From positions 8,528 to 72,527 of the forward strand of contig JAWLHL010000005.1 of the NCBI GenBank assembly GCA_041690375.1: a stretch of 64,000 bases of DNA, read 5' to 3'. Below the pieces are notes generated by a model. It was not told the origin of the DNA, made no database searches, and saw only the letters and a list, made by a program, of their open reading frames with translations. Below, piece after piece: positions 9,919 through 21,627 of this stretch. The position numbers and the translations under genes are program-made. Position 1 is the stretch's first letter. The number at the start of each line of letters is the position of its first letter. The DNA comes from Guyparkeria sp. GTDB lineage: Bacteria; Pseudomonadota; Gammaproteobacteria; Halothiobacillales; Halothiobacillaceae.

Positions 9919-11433
9919 ATGCCGCTCGACCTGATCTCCGCCATCGACCGACACGCCGTCGACCGGCCGCACGCCCGCGCGCTGGGCGACCGTCACGGCT
10001 GGCTGGATTACGGCATGCTTGCCGGACGGATCGGCGCGGCCCGCGAACGACTCGAATCGCTTGGACTGGCCCCGGGCGACCGGGCCGTGGTCTGGGCGGG
10101 CAAGGAGATCGACACGGCCGTCTGGATCCTCGCCATGCTGGCTTCCGACATCGTGCCGGCGCCGGCTCACCCGGCCCTGCGCCCCGAGCAGGTCGAGCAC
10201 CAGTGCCGGCAGTGCGACGCCCGCGGGCTGATCCTGGATGCCCCGCGGCGCCGACAGTGGCGGCCGGAAAGCGAAGGCGACGGCTGGAGCTGGGCGCCGG
10301 TCGACGGAGAGCCGGTCCCCGTCAACCCGGCGGCCGGCGACCACGCCGCCCTGCCGGCACGCGGCGAGCGCCGGCCGGAGCGGCTGGCCATGCTGTTCTT
10401 CACCTCCGGCAGCACCGGGCTGCCCAAGGGCGTGATGGCGAGCGAGGGCAATCTCGACGCCGGCACCCGGATCGTTGCCGACTACCTCGGAATCGAGGCC
10501 ACGGACACGGTCGCCGCCATACTGCCGCTGGCCTTCGACTACGGTTTCTCGCAGCTGCTCACCGGCCTGTGGCGGGGGGCGGCGGTCTACCTGGACGACT
10601 ACCTGCTCCCCGCCGACCTCAAGCGCCCGCTGCTGCGCGAGGAGGCGACGGTATTCGCCGGCACCCCGGGCCTGCTGATCCCGCTGGCCGGGCAGCCCTG
10701 GCTCGGCGAGGTCCCGGGGCTGCGGGTGGTAACCAACTCCGGCGGCCACCTGCCGGTCGAGGCGGTGCGCCGCCTGCGCGTCGCCCGCCCGGACACCCGG
10801 CTCTACCTGATGTACGGCCTGACCGAAGGTTTCCGCGCCACCTTCCTGCCGCCCGGCGAAGTCGACCGGCACCCCGACTCCATCGGCTATCCCCTGCCCG
10901 AAACCCCCATCGGGCTGGTGGACGCCGAGAACCGGCTGCTGGGCCCCGGCGAGACCGGCGAACTGGTACAGGGCGGACCGCTGGTCGCGCTGGGCTACAT
11001 CAACGACCCGGAGGCCACTGCCCGGCGCTTTCGCCCGGCGCCGGCCGGCTGGCCCGGGGCGAACGACGCGCGGGTGCTGTACAGCGGGGACCGGGTGCGC
11101 CGGGACGAGGACGGCCGGCTGTACTTCGCCGGGCGCATCGACGAACAGATCAAGGTGGCCGGATTCCGCATCAGCCCGGAGGAAGTCGAGTCGGTGGCAC
11201 TGGCCGCCGCCGGGGTGACCGAGGCGGTCGCCCTGGGCCGGCCGGACCCGGCCAGCGGCAACCAGCGCCTGGTCCTGCATGTCGCCCCCGACGACGTGGA
11301 TCTCGATGCGCTGCGCCACCACCTGCGCCGGCACCTGGCGCCCTACCAGCAGCCGGCGGAAATCCACTTGCACGCGAGCCTGCCCCGATCCGACAACGGC
11401 AAGCTCGATCGTCGCCAGCTACGCGAGGCCTGA
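9919..11433 (+). CDS. AMP-forming acyl-CoA/acyl-carrier ligase, exosortase A system-associated type (TIGR03098-like)
   Basis: [39 protein letters not shown]...[39 protein letters not shown]; paired with the decarboxylase. Confidence 0.85.
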   Translation: MPLDLISAIDRHAVDRPHARALGDRHGWLDYGMLAGRIGAARERLESLGLAPGDRAVVWAGKEIDTAVWILAMLASDIVPAPAHPALRPEQVEHQCRQCDARGLILDAPRRRQWRPESEGDGWSWAPVDGEPVPVNPAAGDHAALPARGERRPERLAMLFFTSGSTGLPKGVMASEGNLDAGTRIVADYLGIEATDTVAAILPLAFDYGFSQLLTGLWRGAAVYLDDYLLPADLKRPLLREEATVFAGTPGLLIPLAGQPWLGEVPGLRVVTNSGGHLPVEAVRRLRVARPDTRLYLMYGLTEGFRATFLPPGEVDRHPDSIGYPLPETPIGLVDAENRLLGPGETGELVQGGPLVALGYINDPEATARRFRPAPAGWPGANDARVLYSGDRVRRDEDGRLYFAGRIDEQIKVAGFRISPEEVESVALAAAGVTEAVALGRPDPASGNQRLVLHVAPDDVDLDALRHHLRRHLAPYQQPAEIHLHASLPRSDNGKLDRRQLREA

Positions 11434-11448
11434 CCCTTGAGTCGATCC

Positions 11449-12720
11449 ATGACAGACACGCCGCGCGACGGCCGCCAGGTGATCGAGGACAGCCTGGGAC
11501 CGCTGGCCGACTGCTGGGGGCGGGACCAGGCACTCGCCGTCGACGGCCAGCCGCTGTCTGCCCGCGTCCCGGCCACGCCGGCATACCTGTACAACCGCCG
11601 CTGCCTGGACGCCTCGGTGGCACGACTGCGCGCCACCCTGCCGGCATCGATCGGCATCCACTACGCCATCAAGGCCAACCCCTTCCCGCCGCTGGTGCGA
11701 CACATGGCGGGGCTGGTCGACGGCTTCGACTGCGCCTCGAAAGATGAGATGCGACTGGCCGCCGACGTCGCCTCACCGGCGCAGCACCTTTCGATCGCCG
11801 GGCCGGCGAAGTCCCGCGCCGAGCATCGCTTCGCCATCGAGCGGGGCATCACGATCAACGCCGAGTCGACCGGGGAGCTCGAGCGCATCGCCACCGAGGC
11901 GCAGGCCATGGGCCGCCGTGCCCGCGTGGCCCTGCGGGTCAACCCACCGTTCTCGCTCAAGGGATCGGGCATGCACATGGGCGGCGGGGCGCGCCCGTTC
12001 GGCATCGACAGCGAGGCCATCCCGGCGATCCTGGTGCAACGCGACCGGCTGGCCGAGGCCGGTCTCGACCTCGTCGGCCTGCACCTGTTCGCCGGTTCGC
12101 AGAGCCTCGACCACGAGGCCATCGCCGCCGCGCTGGATGCCTGGACGGGCCTGCTGCGCGGCTGGCAGGACGAGACCGGCTTCACCCCGGCCGAGCTGAT
12201 CATCGGGCCCGGGCTGGGCGTGGCCTACCACCCCAACGAACGACCGCTGGACCTCGAGAAGCTGGCGCCGGCCTTCGTGCGACTCGACCGGGACGTCCGC
12301 TCCCTGGGGGCGGCCGGCGGCGTCGACATCGACACCCGCCTGGAACTGGGACGCTTCCTGGTGGCTTCGGCGGGCGTCTATCTCGTGCGCGTGGTCGACC
12401 GCAAGGTCTCGCGGGGACGAACCTTTTTGCTCTGCGACGGGGGGATGCACCATCATCTGGCCCTGTCGGGCAACCTCGGTGCGGTGCTGCGGCGCAACTG
12501 GCCGCTGGTGGCCGCCGACCGCCTGGAGGCCCCGCTTGACGAGTCCGTGGACATCGCCGGTCCGCTGTGCACGCCGCTCGACGTGCTGGGAACCAAACAG
12601 GCCCTGCCGAGGCTCGTTCCGGGAGACCGGCTGGCCGTCCTGCAATCCGGGGCCTACGGCGCGAGTGCCTCGCCGGTCGGCTTTCTCTCTCGCGAGCCCG
12701 CGACCGAATACCTGGTCTAG
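11449..12720 (+). CDS. PLP-dependent decarboxylase (fold III, LysA/BtrK-like), exosortase A system-associated type (TIGR03099-like)
   Basis: HYAIKANP (PLP lysine), [53 protein letters not shown]; alternative TTG start at 11437. Confidence 0.88.
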   Translation: MTDTPRDGRQVIEDSLGPLADCWGRDQALAVDGQPLSARVPATPAYLYNRRCLDASVARLRATLPASIGIHYAIKANPFPPLVRHMAGLVDGFDCASKDEMRLAADVASPAQHLSIAGPAKSRAEHRFAIERGITINAESTGELERIATEAQAMGRRARVALRVNPPFSLKGSGMHMGGGARPFGIDSEAIPAILVQRDRLAEAGLDLVGLHLFAGSQSLDHEAIAAALDAWTGLLRGWQDETGFTPAELIIGPGLGVAYHPNERPLDLEKLAPAFVRLDRDVRSLGAAGGVDIDTRLELGRFLVASAGVYLVRVVDRKVSRGRTFLLCDGGMHHHLALSGNLGAVLRRNWPLVAADRLEAPLDESVDIAGPLCTPLDVLGTKQALPRLVPGDRLAVLQSGAYGASASPVGFLSREPATEYLV

Positions 12721-13340
12721 GACTCGCCGACCTGCTCCATGGCCAGGCGCACGGGGGCGAAGCTCCGCCGATGGATGGGGCTGGGGCCGTGCTCGGAAAG
12801 CGCCGCCAGATGGGCCGTGGTGGGATAGCCCTTGTGGCGCGCCAGCCCGTACTGCGGGTACTCGGCGTCCAGGGCCACGATCTGGCGATCCCGGCTGACC
12901 TTGGCGAGAATCGAGGCGGCCGCGATGGCCGGATCGGAGCCATCCCCGCCCACCAGCGCATGGCCGATCACCGGCAGTTCGGGGCAGCGATTGCCGTCGA
13001 CGTGCGCCCGGTCGAAGCGGTGGCCCTGCTCGATCAGCGCGAGCACCGCCCGGCGCATGGCAAGCATCGAGGCGTGCAGGATGTTGAGCCGGTCGATCTC
13101 GGCCACGCTCGCCTCGGCGATCGCCCAGCCGGTCGCGCGTTCACGGATCTCGTCGAACAGTGCCTCGCGGCGAGCTTCGCCGAGCTTCTTGGAGTCGTTC
13201 AGCGCGGCGATGCGCCGGGCGGGATCCAGGATGACCGCCGCGGCGACCACGGGACCGGCGAGCGGACCGCGCCCGGCCTCGTCCACGCCGCAGTAGACGC
13301 CCCCGGCATCCAGATCGTCAAACAAATCCGCTTGCGGCAT
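12717..13340 (-). CDS. rnhB: Ribonuclease HII
   Basis: [48 protein letters not shown]; start uncertain (13340-13364). Confidence 0.97.
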   Translation of the reverse strand: MPQADLFDDLDAGGVYCGVDEAGRGPLAGPVVAAAVILDPARRIAALNDSKKLGEARREALFDEIRERATGWAIAEASVAEIDRLNILHASMLAMRRAVLALIEQGHRFDRAHVDGNRCPELPVIGHALVGGDGSDPAIAAASILAKVSRDRQIVALDAEYPQYGLARHKGYPTTAHLAALSEHGPSPIHRRSFAPVRLAMEQVGES

Positions 13341-13387
13341 ACTCCTGCCCATCCGTTGCCCCATTTTTTGCTTTCATCGAGGGTCGC

Positions 13388-14575
13388 TTGAACTCGTCAA
13401 CCGAAACCGGTTCCGCCCCGAAGGTCATGCTCGCCGCGGGCGAGGCCTCCGGCGACATGTACGCCGCCGAGCTGATCGCCGCCCTGCGCCGGCGCCGTCC
13501 CGCGCTCGAGGCCATGGGCCTGGGCGGTGCCCGGTCGCGCGCGGCCGGCATGGAGACGATCGTCGACATGGACCGGGTGTCGGTCATGGGCCTGGTCGAG
13601 GTGATCCGTCATTACCCCGACCTGCGTCGCGCCATGAACGAGATGGTCACCGCGCTCGACGAGCGCCGGCCGGACCTGCTGATCGCCGTCGACTTCCAGG
13701 AATTCAATCAGCGGCTGGCGCGCGCCGCCCGGGCCCGCGGCATCCCCGTGCTGTTCTTCGTGGCCCCGCAGGTATGGGCATGGCGACCCGGCCGGGCGGC
13801 CGGCTTCGGCCGCATCGCCGATCACCTGGCCGTGCTGTTCGACTTCGAGAAGCCGCTGTTCGAACGCCACGGCCTGGCGACGACGCACGTCGGCCATCCG
13901 CTGATCGACCTCATCGACCGCGAGGCGCCCTCGCGCGGTTCGGCTCGCCGCCAGCTGGATCTCGCCGACGACACCCCCGCGATCGGCCTGCTGCCCGGAA
14001 GCCGTCACGGGGAGATCGAGCGGCTGCTGCCGACGTTCCTCGCCACCGCCGAGCGACTGCTGGCCGCCGATGGCAACCGCCGCTTCCTCCTGCCCCGGGC
14101 CGGCACCATCCGGGCGGACTGGCTGCAGGGCCAGGTCGATTCCGCCTCGCCCTCCCGCGCGTTGCGCGAGGCGCTGACGGTGGTCGACGGCCAGTCCAGG
14201 GCGGTCATGGCCGCCAGCGACGCCCTGCTGGTCGCCAGCGGGACGGCCTCGCTGGAGGCCGCCCTGATCGGCACCCCCATGGTGATCGCCTACCGGACCA
14301 ACGCGCTGACCCACGCCATCGCCCGCCGGCTGGTCCGGATCGAACACATCGGCCTGCCCAATATCGTCCTCGGGCGCGAGGCCGTGCCCGAGCGCGTCCA
14401 GAAAGACGCCACGCCCGAACGACTGGCCGCGGACATGGAGACCATCCTGCAGCCCGCCGGGGCGTCGGCGCAACGAAAGGACCTGGCCGAGATCCGTCAG
14501 CGTCTCGGATCCGGCGGCGCACTCGAGCGGCTGGCCGACCTAGCCGACCACATGCTCGAGGGCCCGGAACGATAG
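13388..14575 (+). CDS. lpxB: Lipid A disaccharide synthase
   Basis: AGEASGD, APQVWAWR, VGHPL, LLPGSR, ASGTASLE, IGLPNIV; TTG start uncertain. Confidence 0.96.
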   Translation: MNSSTETGSAPKVMLAAGEASGDMYAAELIAALRRRRPALEAMGLGGARSRAAGMETIVDMDRVSVMGLVEVIRHYPDLRRAMNEMVTALDERRPDLLIAVDFQEFNQRLARAARARGIPVLFFVAPQVWAWRPGRAAGFGRIADHLAVLFDFEKPLFERHGLATTHVGHPLIDLIDREAPSRGSARRQLDLADDTPAIGLLPGSRHGEIERLLPTFLATAERLLAADGNRRFLLPRAGTIRADWLQGQVDSASPSRALREALTVVDGQSRAVMAASDALLVASGTASLEAALIGTPMVIAYRTNALTHAIARRLVRIEHIGLPNIVLGREAVPERVQKDATPERLAADMETILQPAGASAQRKDLAEIRQRLGSGGALERLADLADHMLEGPER

Positions 14576-14612
14576 GACGATCGCGCCACCCCTTCCCGAT
14601 CCCGCGCGGCCC

Positions 14613-16019
<1,407 letters not shown>

Positions 16020-16063
16020 GGCATCGGTGCCCGGGTGTGATTGACGTAATGATGAGAGACATG

Positions 16064-16084
16064 GCCGGCACGGGAGGTGCCGGC
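16064..16084 (-). terminator. GC hairpin downstream of lpxA (possible weak terminator)
   Basis: GCCGGCA-N7-TGCCGGC; no clear U tract. Confidence 0.35.
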
Positions 16085-16090
16085 AGCGGC

Positions 16091-16858
16091 TCAGCGCGTG
16101 ATGCCGCGCTCGCTTTCGCGGATGAAGGTCAGCATCTCGGCCAGGGCCGGCTCGGTCTCCGCGGCCTGTTCGAATTCCGTCCAGACCAGCTCGTCGCCCT
16201 GGCGCTTGACCAGCTGGCGGAAGCAGCGATTGAGCAGGCTGATGGTCTCGCTGGAAAAGCCGCGGCGCTTGAGCCCTTCCTTGTTGAGCCCGATCGCCCG
16301 AGCGCGTGCGCCGTCGGCCATGACGTAGGGCACCACGTCCTTGGAGATCTTGGAGAAACCGCCGACGAAGGCATGCGCGCCCACGTGGCAGAACTGGTGG
16401 GCGACGGCGAAGCCGCCGAAGATGGCGTACTCGCCCACCTCGACGTGGCCGGCCAGGGAAGCGGCGTTGGCCAGGATGACGTGGTCACCCACCATGCAGT
16501 CGTGCGCCACGTGGGAATAGGCCATCATGAGGATGTCCGATCCGAGCCGGGTCATGCCGCCCCCGCCCTCGGTGCCGCGGTGAATCGTGGAGAATTCGCG
16601 GACGCGGTTGCGGTCGCCGATCTCCAGGAAACTGCGCTCCCCGGCGAACTTGAGATCCTGGGGTACCTCGCCCACCACGGCGTGGCTGAAGATGTGGTTG
16701 TCCGCCCCGATCCGGCACGGCCCCTTGATCACGGCATGGGAATCGATCACCGTTTTGGCCCCGATCTCCACCTCGCCTTCGATGATCGCATAGGGGCCGA
16801 CCGAGACGCTCTCGTCCAGGCGGGCCTCGTCGCTGATGATCGCGGTGGGATGAATCAC
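16091..16858 (-). CDS. lpxA: UDP-N-acetylglucosamine acyltransferase
   Basis: VIHPTAII hexapeptide repeats, PQDLKF, HRGT, HVAHDC, AHQFC; GTG overlaps the fabZ stop. Confidence 0.97.
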   Translation of the reverse strand: MIHPTAIISDEARLDESVSVGPYAIIEGEVEIGAKTVIDSHAVIKGPCRIGADNHIFSHAVVGEVPQDLKFAGERSFLEIGDRNRVREFSTIHRGTEGGGGMTRLGSDILMMAYSHVAHDCMVGDHVILANAASLAGHVEVGEYAIFGGFAVAHQFCHVGAHAFVGGFSKISKDVVPYVMADGARARAIGLNKEGLKRRGFSSETISLLNRCFRQLVKRQGDELVWTEFEQAAETEPALAEMLTFIRESERGITR

Positions 16859-17313
16859 TCGGTCACTTCCTTGGCCACGCACTTGATCGTCGCCCGGGCG
16901 GCGAGCTCGTCGCCGACCTTGGCCTCGCAGTTGAAGATGCCCATGCCCCGGGCCATCCGTTTGATCTCCACCCGGATGGTCAGCTGGTCACCCGGCTCCA
17001 CCATGCGGCGGAAGGTCACGTCATCCAGCCCGACGAGCATGTACAGGGCGTTCTCCTTCGGCCCGCCGCCATTGCTGCGGAAGGCGAGCACACCGGTCGC
17101 CTGGGCCATGGCCTCCGTGACCAGCACACCCGGCATGATCGGACGCACGGGGAAGTGTCCCTGGAAGAATGGCTCATTGAAGGTGACGTTCTTCACGGCG
17201 ACCAGGTATTCGTTGGGCGCCCAGTCGATCACGCGATCGATCAGCAGAAACGGGTAGCGGTGGGGCAGGAGCTGCATGATCTCCTGCACCGACATGGTGC
17301 TTTCTTCACTCAC
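16855..17313 (-). CDS. fabZ: 3-hydroxyacyl-ACP dehydratase
   Basis: [35 protein letters not shown]. Confidence 0.97.
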   Translation of the reverse strand: MSEESTMSVQEIMQLLPHRYPFLLIDRVIDWAPNEYLVAVKNVTFNEPFFQGHFPVRPIMPGVLVTEAMAQATGVLAFRSNGGGPKENALYMLVGLDDVTFRRMVEPGDQLTIRVEIKRMARGMGIFNCEAKVGDELAARATIKCVAKEVTE

Positions 17314-18377
17314 GAGTCGTCCTCATGCTTCGGCCTGTCGCCGAGCTGTTTTTCCAGTTGTCGCACCCGCCGGGCCAGCCGGTCGAGCTGCTTGAAACGG
17401 GCTGCATTCCGATGCCAGCGCTCGTTGGTATCCAGTGGCGTGCCGGCCGAGTAGACGCCCGGGCGATGTATGGATCGGGTGACCATCGACATGCCGGTGA
17501 CGTGGACATTGTCCGCCAACGTCAGGTGACCGGCGAGACCGACGCCACCCCCGAGGGTACAGTGGCGCCCCACCACGCTCGAGCCGGCCAGCCCCGCGCA
17601 GCCGGCGATCGCGGAATGTTCGCCGACACGCACGTTGTGGGCGATCTGGATCAGGTTGTCCAGCTTCACCCCGTCCTCGATCACGGTATCGTCGAGCGCC
17701 CCCCGATCGATGGTGGTGTTCGCCCCGATGTCGACGTCGTCGCCGATCACCACACGGCCGACCTGCGGCACCCGCCGCCAGGCTCCCTCGTCGAGGGCAA
17801 GACCGAAACCGTCCGACCCGATCACCACACCGGGCTGCAACACGCAGCGCGCTCCGATCACGGAATCGGCCAGCACGGTTACCCGGCCGACCAGCCGGGT
17901 GCCGGCGCCGATGCTGACGTTCTCGCCGATCAGGCAGCCCGCACCGACCTCCGCGCCGGCGCCGATCCGGCTGCCCACCCCCACGGTGACCTGCGGGCCG
18001 ATCCATGCCGAAGGATGGATCTCGGCATCCGCGGCGATCACCGCCGTCTCGTGGACCCCGGGTTCGGGCCGATGCTGCGGATAGAGCCGCTCGAGCAGCC
18101 GGGCGAACGCCAGTCGCGGCTGCCGCACGACCAGCACCGGCAGACCGGGAGGCAGAACCTCCCGCCCGCTCTCGTTGGTGACCACCAGCCCCGCCCGGGT
18201 ACGGGAGGCCTCGTCGGCCGACTTGCGATCCCCGTCGTAGTAGGCGACGTCCCCGTTGCCCGCCGACCCCAGGGACGCCGCCCCGCTGATGACGCGGTCG
18301 CCGTCTCGGGGCGCATCCGCCCCGAGCATCCCGGCGAGTTCCGCGATGGTGGCTGTGGACGTGGCCTGGGTACTCAC
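17310..18377 (-). CDS. lpxD: UDP-3-O-acylglucosamine N-acyltransferase
   Basis: Hexapeptide repeats, GSDGFG, IGANTTIDRG, KLDNLIQIAHN. Confidence 0.97.
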   Translation of the reverse strand: MSTQATSTATIAELAGMLGADAPRDGDRVISGAASLGSAGNGDVAYYDGDRKSADEASRTRAGLVVTNESGREVLPPGLPVLVVRQPRLAFARLLERLYPQHRPEPGVHETAVIAADAEIHPSAWIGPQVTVGVGSRIGAGAEVGAGCLIGENVSIGAGTRLVGRVTVLADSVIGARCVLQPGVVIGSDGFGLALDEGAWRRVPQVGRVVIGDDVDIGANTTIDRGALDDTVIEDGVKLDNLIQIAHNVRVGEHSAIAGCAGLAGSSVVGRHCTLGGGVGLAGHLTLADNVHVTGMSMVTRSIHRPGVYSAGTPLDTNERWHRNAARFKQLDRLARRVRQLEKQLGDRPKHEDDS

Positions 18378-18401
18378 GACTGAATGACCGGGCCGCGCCG
18401 A

Positions 18402-18914
18402 TCAGCGCCCCATCGTGTCCAGACGGTCGAGGACGTCCTCGGTGATCTCGACCCGGTCGTCGGCGTAAACGACGCCCTCGGACAGGACCAGGTCATAGCC
18501 CTTGTCCCGGGCAACCTCACGGATCGCGTCCAGAACCAGGCGCTGGAGCTTGCCCAGCTCCTCGTTCTTGCGCAGGTTCAGGTCGTCGCGGAAGTTGTTC
18601 TGCTCGCGCTGAAGGTCTCGCAGCTTGCGGTTGAGCTCGCGCTCCAGATCGGCTCGATCGCCCTCGCTCATGGTCACGCTGTCGCGATTGAGGCGATTTT
18701 CCAGCCCCTGGACTTCCTCGCGCATGCGGCGCAGTTCGTTCTCGCGGGAGGAAAACTCCTCCTCGAGCTCCTGCTTGGCCCGCTCGGCCTGGGGCGCCTG
18801 CTCGAGCAGCACGGACGAATTCACGAAGCCGATCTTGATATCGGCCGCCTGCCCCAATGCCGGCAGGGCGAGAAAGGCAGCCATAAAGGCGAAACGTCTA
18901 ACCAAGCGCATCAC
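18402..18914 (-). CDS. skp: Periplasmic chaperone Skp/OmpH
   Basis: Signal peptide, KIGFVN, long coiled coil, GYDLVL...EITEDVL; between bamA and lpxD. Confidence 0.93.
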   Translation of the reverse strand: MMRLVRRFAFMAAFLALPALGQAADIKIGFVNSSVLLEQAPQAERAKQELEEEFSSRENELRRMREEVQGLENRLNRDSVTMSEGDRADLERELNRKLRDLQREQNNFRDDLNLRKNEELGKLQRLVLDAIREVARDKGYDLVLSEGVVYADDRVEITEDVLDRLDTMGR

Positions 18915-19122
18915 GCTGTCGTCTCCTGCAACGTCATCGCCCGAAGCGGACGATCATGTAAGGACAAGCCGGAAGACCGGACCTTCCCTGGGTGGATCGG
19001 CGAGGCAACCAGCACCGGAGGCCGGCCATCTGCCGAGGCCCGAAACGCCACGAGCCGCCGGCAGGAAAGACCCGGCTGCCGCCATCTCGGCGATCGAGCC
19101 GGACAGCCCCCCGGTTCGACGC

Positions 19123-19133
19123 ATTATGCCACA
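19123..19133 (-). promoter_or_regulatory. Candidate extended -10 promoter for skp-lpxD-fabZ-lpxA
   Basis: TGTGGCATAAT on the minus strand in the bamA-skp spacer. Confidence 0.45.
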
Positions 19134-19166
19134 GCCTGACGGCACCCCACGGGTACCTCCGAATGA

Positions 19167-21515
19167 TCAGAACGAGGCGCCGATCGAGAACTGGAATTTC
19201 TGGGTACGGTCACCCGACTCCTCGTTCAGCGGCTCGGCATAGCTGAAGATCAGGGGGCCCACCGGCGAGATCCAGCTCAGCGCCACGCCGGCCGACTGCC
19301 TCAGGGATCCGCCCTCGAAGTCGTCCACGTCACGGTAGGCATTGCCGATATCCCAGAAAAGGGCCATGCGGACGGTGTGACGCTGATCGGCCAGGAAGGG
19401 CAGCGGCGAGACCAGCTCTAGGCCGCCGTTGACCTTGAAGGTGCCACCCATGGGATCGTCGTTGGAGTCGCGCGGGCCGAGCGAATAGTCCTCGTAGCCG
19501 CGCACCGAGCGAATCCCGCCGGTGAAGTAGTTCAGGAACGGCGGCAGGCCGTCGTAGTACTCGCTCACGCCGCTGTAGTCGCTCTCGGTGTCGCCGTAGG
19601 CCTTGATCTGCCCGACGTTGCCGTGGGCGCGCAGCGTGAACATCTCGGTCAGCGGCTGGTAGAACTCGCCGTCGTATTCACCCTTGACGTAGGTCAGGTC
19701 ACTGCCCGGCACGGCCACGGTCGCGGAAAGACGATGCAGCTGCCCGTCGGTGGGGAACATCGCCCGGTTGCGGCTATCGAAGCGCCAGGACGGACGGATG
19801 CTGAAGGTGGTGTAATCCTCGCCGTCGAAGCCCGGACCCGGCTGGTCCCCGTCGGTCGAATCGCCGGTCACCCAGCTCGGCGAGTACGTGGTGGCCTTGA
19901 TTTCCTGGTTCTCGACCCGGAAGTCGACCTCGCCGCGGGTGTGCTCGGAGAACGGGGCCCCGAAGCTGATGTTGCCGCCGTAGGAGTCCACCAGGTAGCG
20001 AGACAGCGAGAGCTCGGTGCCGTCCTGCTTCTGGTAGAAGAGCCCGAACCCCTGGCTGACGCCGTTGACCGTGAAGTAGGGGTTGCGGTAGTTGAACTGG
20101 TAGTACTCGCGGTAGGAGCTGCGTTCGACGTTCAGGCCGACGGACTTGCCGCTGCCGAGGAAGTTCGGCTGGTTGATGCCGGCGTTGAACAGCAGGCCCT
20201 CGGCCTGGGAAAAGCCCACGCCCGCAGTCAGCGACCCGGAGAGCTGCTCGGAGATGTCGTATTCCACGTCGACCTGGTCGGGCGAGTCCGGCACCGGGGT
20301 GACCTCCTGCTCGATCGACTGGACCGACGGCAGACGTTCGATGCGCTGCTTGGAGCGGTCGAGCTTGTCGCCGGCATACCAGCTGCCCTCCATCTGCCGC
20401 ATCTCGCGGCGGTAGACGACCTCGTCGGTATTGTAGTTGCCCTTGAACTCGATCTCGCGGACGCTCACGCGACGGCCTGGCTGGAGGTTGAAATCGACCA
20501 CCACGGTCTTGTCGTCCTCGTCGATCTCGGGTCGCGGCTCGACCTGGGCGAAGGCGTACCCGTAGTCACCCATGCGTCGACCGATGGCGTCCGAGGTATC
20601 CACCACCTGGCGGCGGTTGAAGTATTCGCCCTCCTCGACCTGGTTGAGTTCGGCGAGGGTCTCCTCGTTGAGCAGCATGTTGCCGCTGTAGGTCACGTCC
20701 TCGACCTTGTATCGATCACCCTCGGTGACGTTGACGACCACCTCGATGTCGCGCTTGTCCGGCGTGATGGTCACCTGGGTGGAATCGACCGAGAACTGCA
20801 GGTAGCCACGGTCCAGATAGAACGAGCGCAGCCGCTCGAGGTCGGCCGACAGCTTCTGCCGGGAATACTGGTCCCGGTTGGACCAGAAGGCCCACCAGGG
20901 CGCCGGCCCCATCTCGAAGGACTTGAGCAGCTCCTTCTCGGAAAAGGCCTCGTTGCCGATGATGCGCACCCGACGGATGGCGGCGGGCTTGCCCTCGTAG
21001 ATCTCGATGCTGACGAAGACCCGGTTGTCCTCGAGCTCCTCGACCTCGGTCTCGATCTCCACTCCGTACTGGCCGAGGCTGTAGTAGACCCGCTGGAGCT
21101 CGGTCTGCATCTTGTCCAGGGCCCGCTGGTCGAGAACACGGCCCTGCACCAGCCCGATCGATCTCAGGGCTTCCTGGAGCTGTTCCGTCTCGACCTTCTC
21201 GTTGCCGTTGACCTCCAGCGCCGTGATGGTCGGACGCTCTTCCAGGCGGATGAGCAGCGCGTCGTCGGCCGACCGACCCACCTCGACGTTCTCGAAGAAA
21301 CCGGTGTCGTAGAGCGCCTCGACCACCCGGGTACTGTCGTCCGGCTGGAAGTCGTCGCCAACCTCGTAGGGGATGTAGGTGAACACGGTCCCGGGCGAGA
21401 TGGTGCGCAACCCTTCGACCCGTATATCGGTGATCTCGAATGCCTGTGCCAGCGAGGGAAGCAACATCAGGGCGCCAAGCGCCAGCGCGGCTGTGAAACG
21501 TTGTGTGATGGTCAT
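19167..21515 (-). CDS. bamA: Outer membrane protein assembly factor BamA
   Basis: Signal peptide, POTRA repeats, VRGY motif, C-terminal FQFSIGASF. Confidence 0.97.
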   Translation of the reverse strand: MTITQRFTAALALGALMLLPSLAQAFEITDIRVEGLRTISPGTVFTYIPYEVGDDFQPDDSTRVVEALYDTGFFENVEVGRSADDALLIRLEERPTITALEVNGNEKVETEQLQEALRSIGLVQGRVLDQRALDKMQTELQRVYYSLGQYGVEIETEVEELEDNRVFVSIEIYEGKPAAIRRVRIIGNEAFSEKELLKSFEMGPAPWWAFWSNRDQYSRQKLSADLERLRSFYLDRGYLQFSVDSTQVTITPDKRDIEVVVNVTEGDRYKVEDVTYSGNMLLNEETLAELNQVEEGEYFNRRQVVDTSDAIGRRMGDYGYAFAQVEPRPEIDEDDKTVVVDFNLQPGRRVSVREIEFKGNYNTDEVVYRREMRQMEGSWYAGDKLDRSKQRIERLPSVQSIEQEVTPVPDSPDQVDVEYDISEQLSGSLTAGVGFSQAEGLLFNAGINQPNFLGSGKSVGLNVERSSYREYYQFNYRNPYFTVNGVSQGFGLFYQKQDGTELSLSRYLVDSYGGNISFGAPFSEHTRGEVDFRVENQEIKATTYSPSWVTGDSTDGDQPGPGFDGEDYTTFSIRPSWRFDSRNRAMFPTDGQLHRLSATVAVPGSDLTYVKGEYDGEFYQPLTEMFTLRAHGNVGQIKAYGDTESDYSGVSEYYDGLPPFLNYFTGGIRSVRGYEDYSLGPRDSNDDPMGGTFKVNGGLELVSPLPFLADQRHTVRMALFWDIGNAYRDVDDFEGGSLRQSAGVALSWISPVGPLIFSYAEPLNEESGDRTQKFQFSIGASF

Positions 21516-21627
21516 GCCGAAAGGGCTTTCCTGGTCAGGCGGATGGAGGACGGGAAACGCGTTCGGTCCGCACGGCCGTTGGCCTCGGACCCGAAGATCA
21601 AACCCGGCTATTGTGAACCAAGTCCAG

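Noticed and set aside
9761-9920. Direct repeat TACCCGCCAT at 9761 and 9911
   Set aside because: Only 10 bp; explained by the aroC start codons and the ligase start; likely chance.
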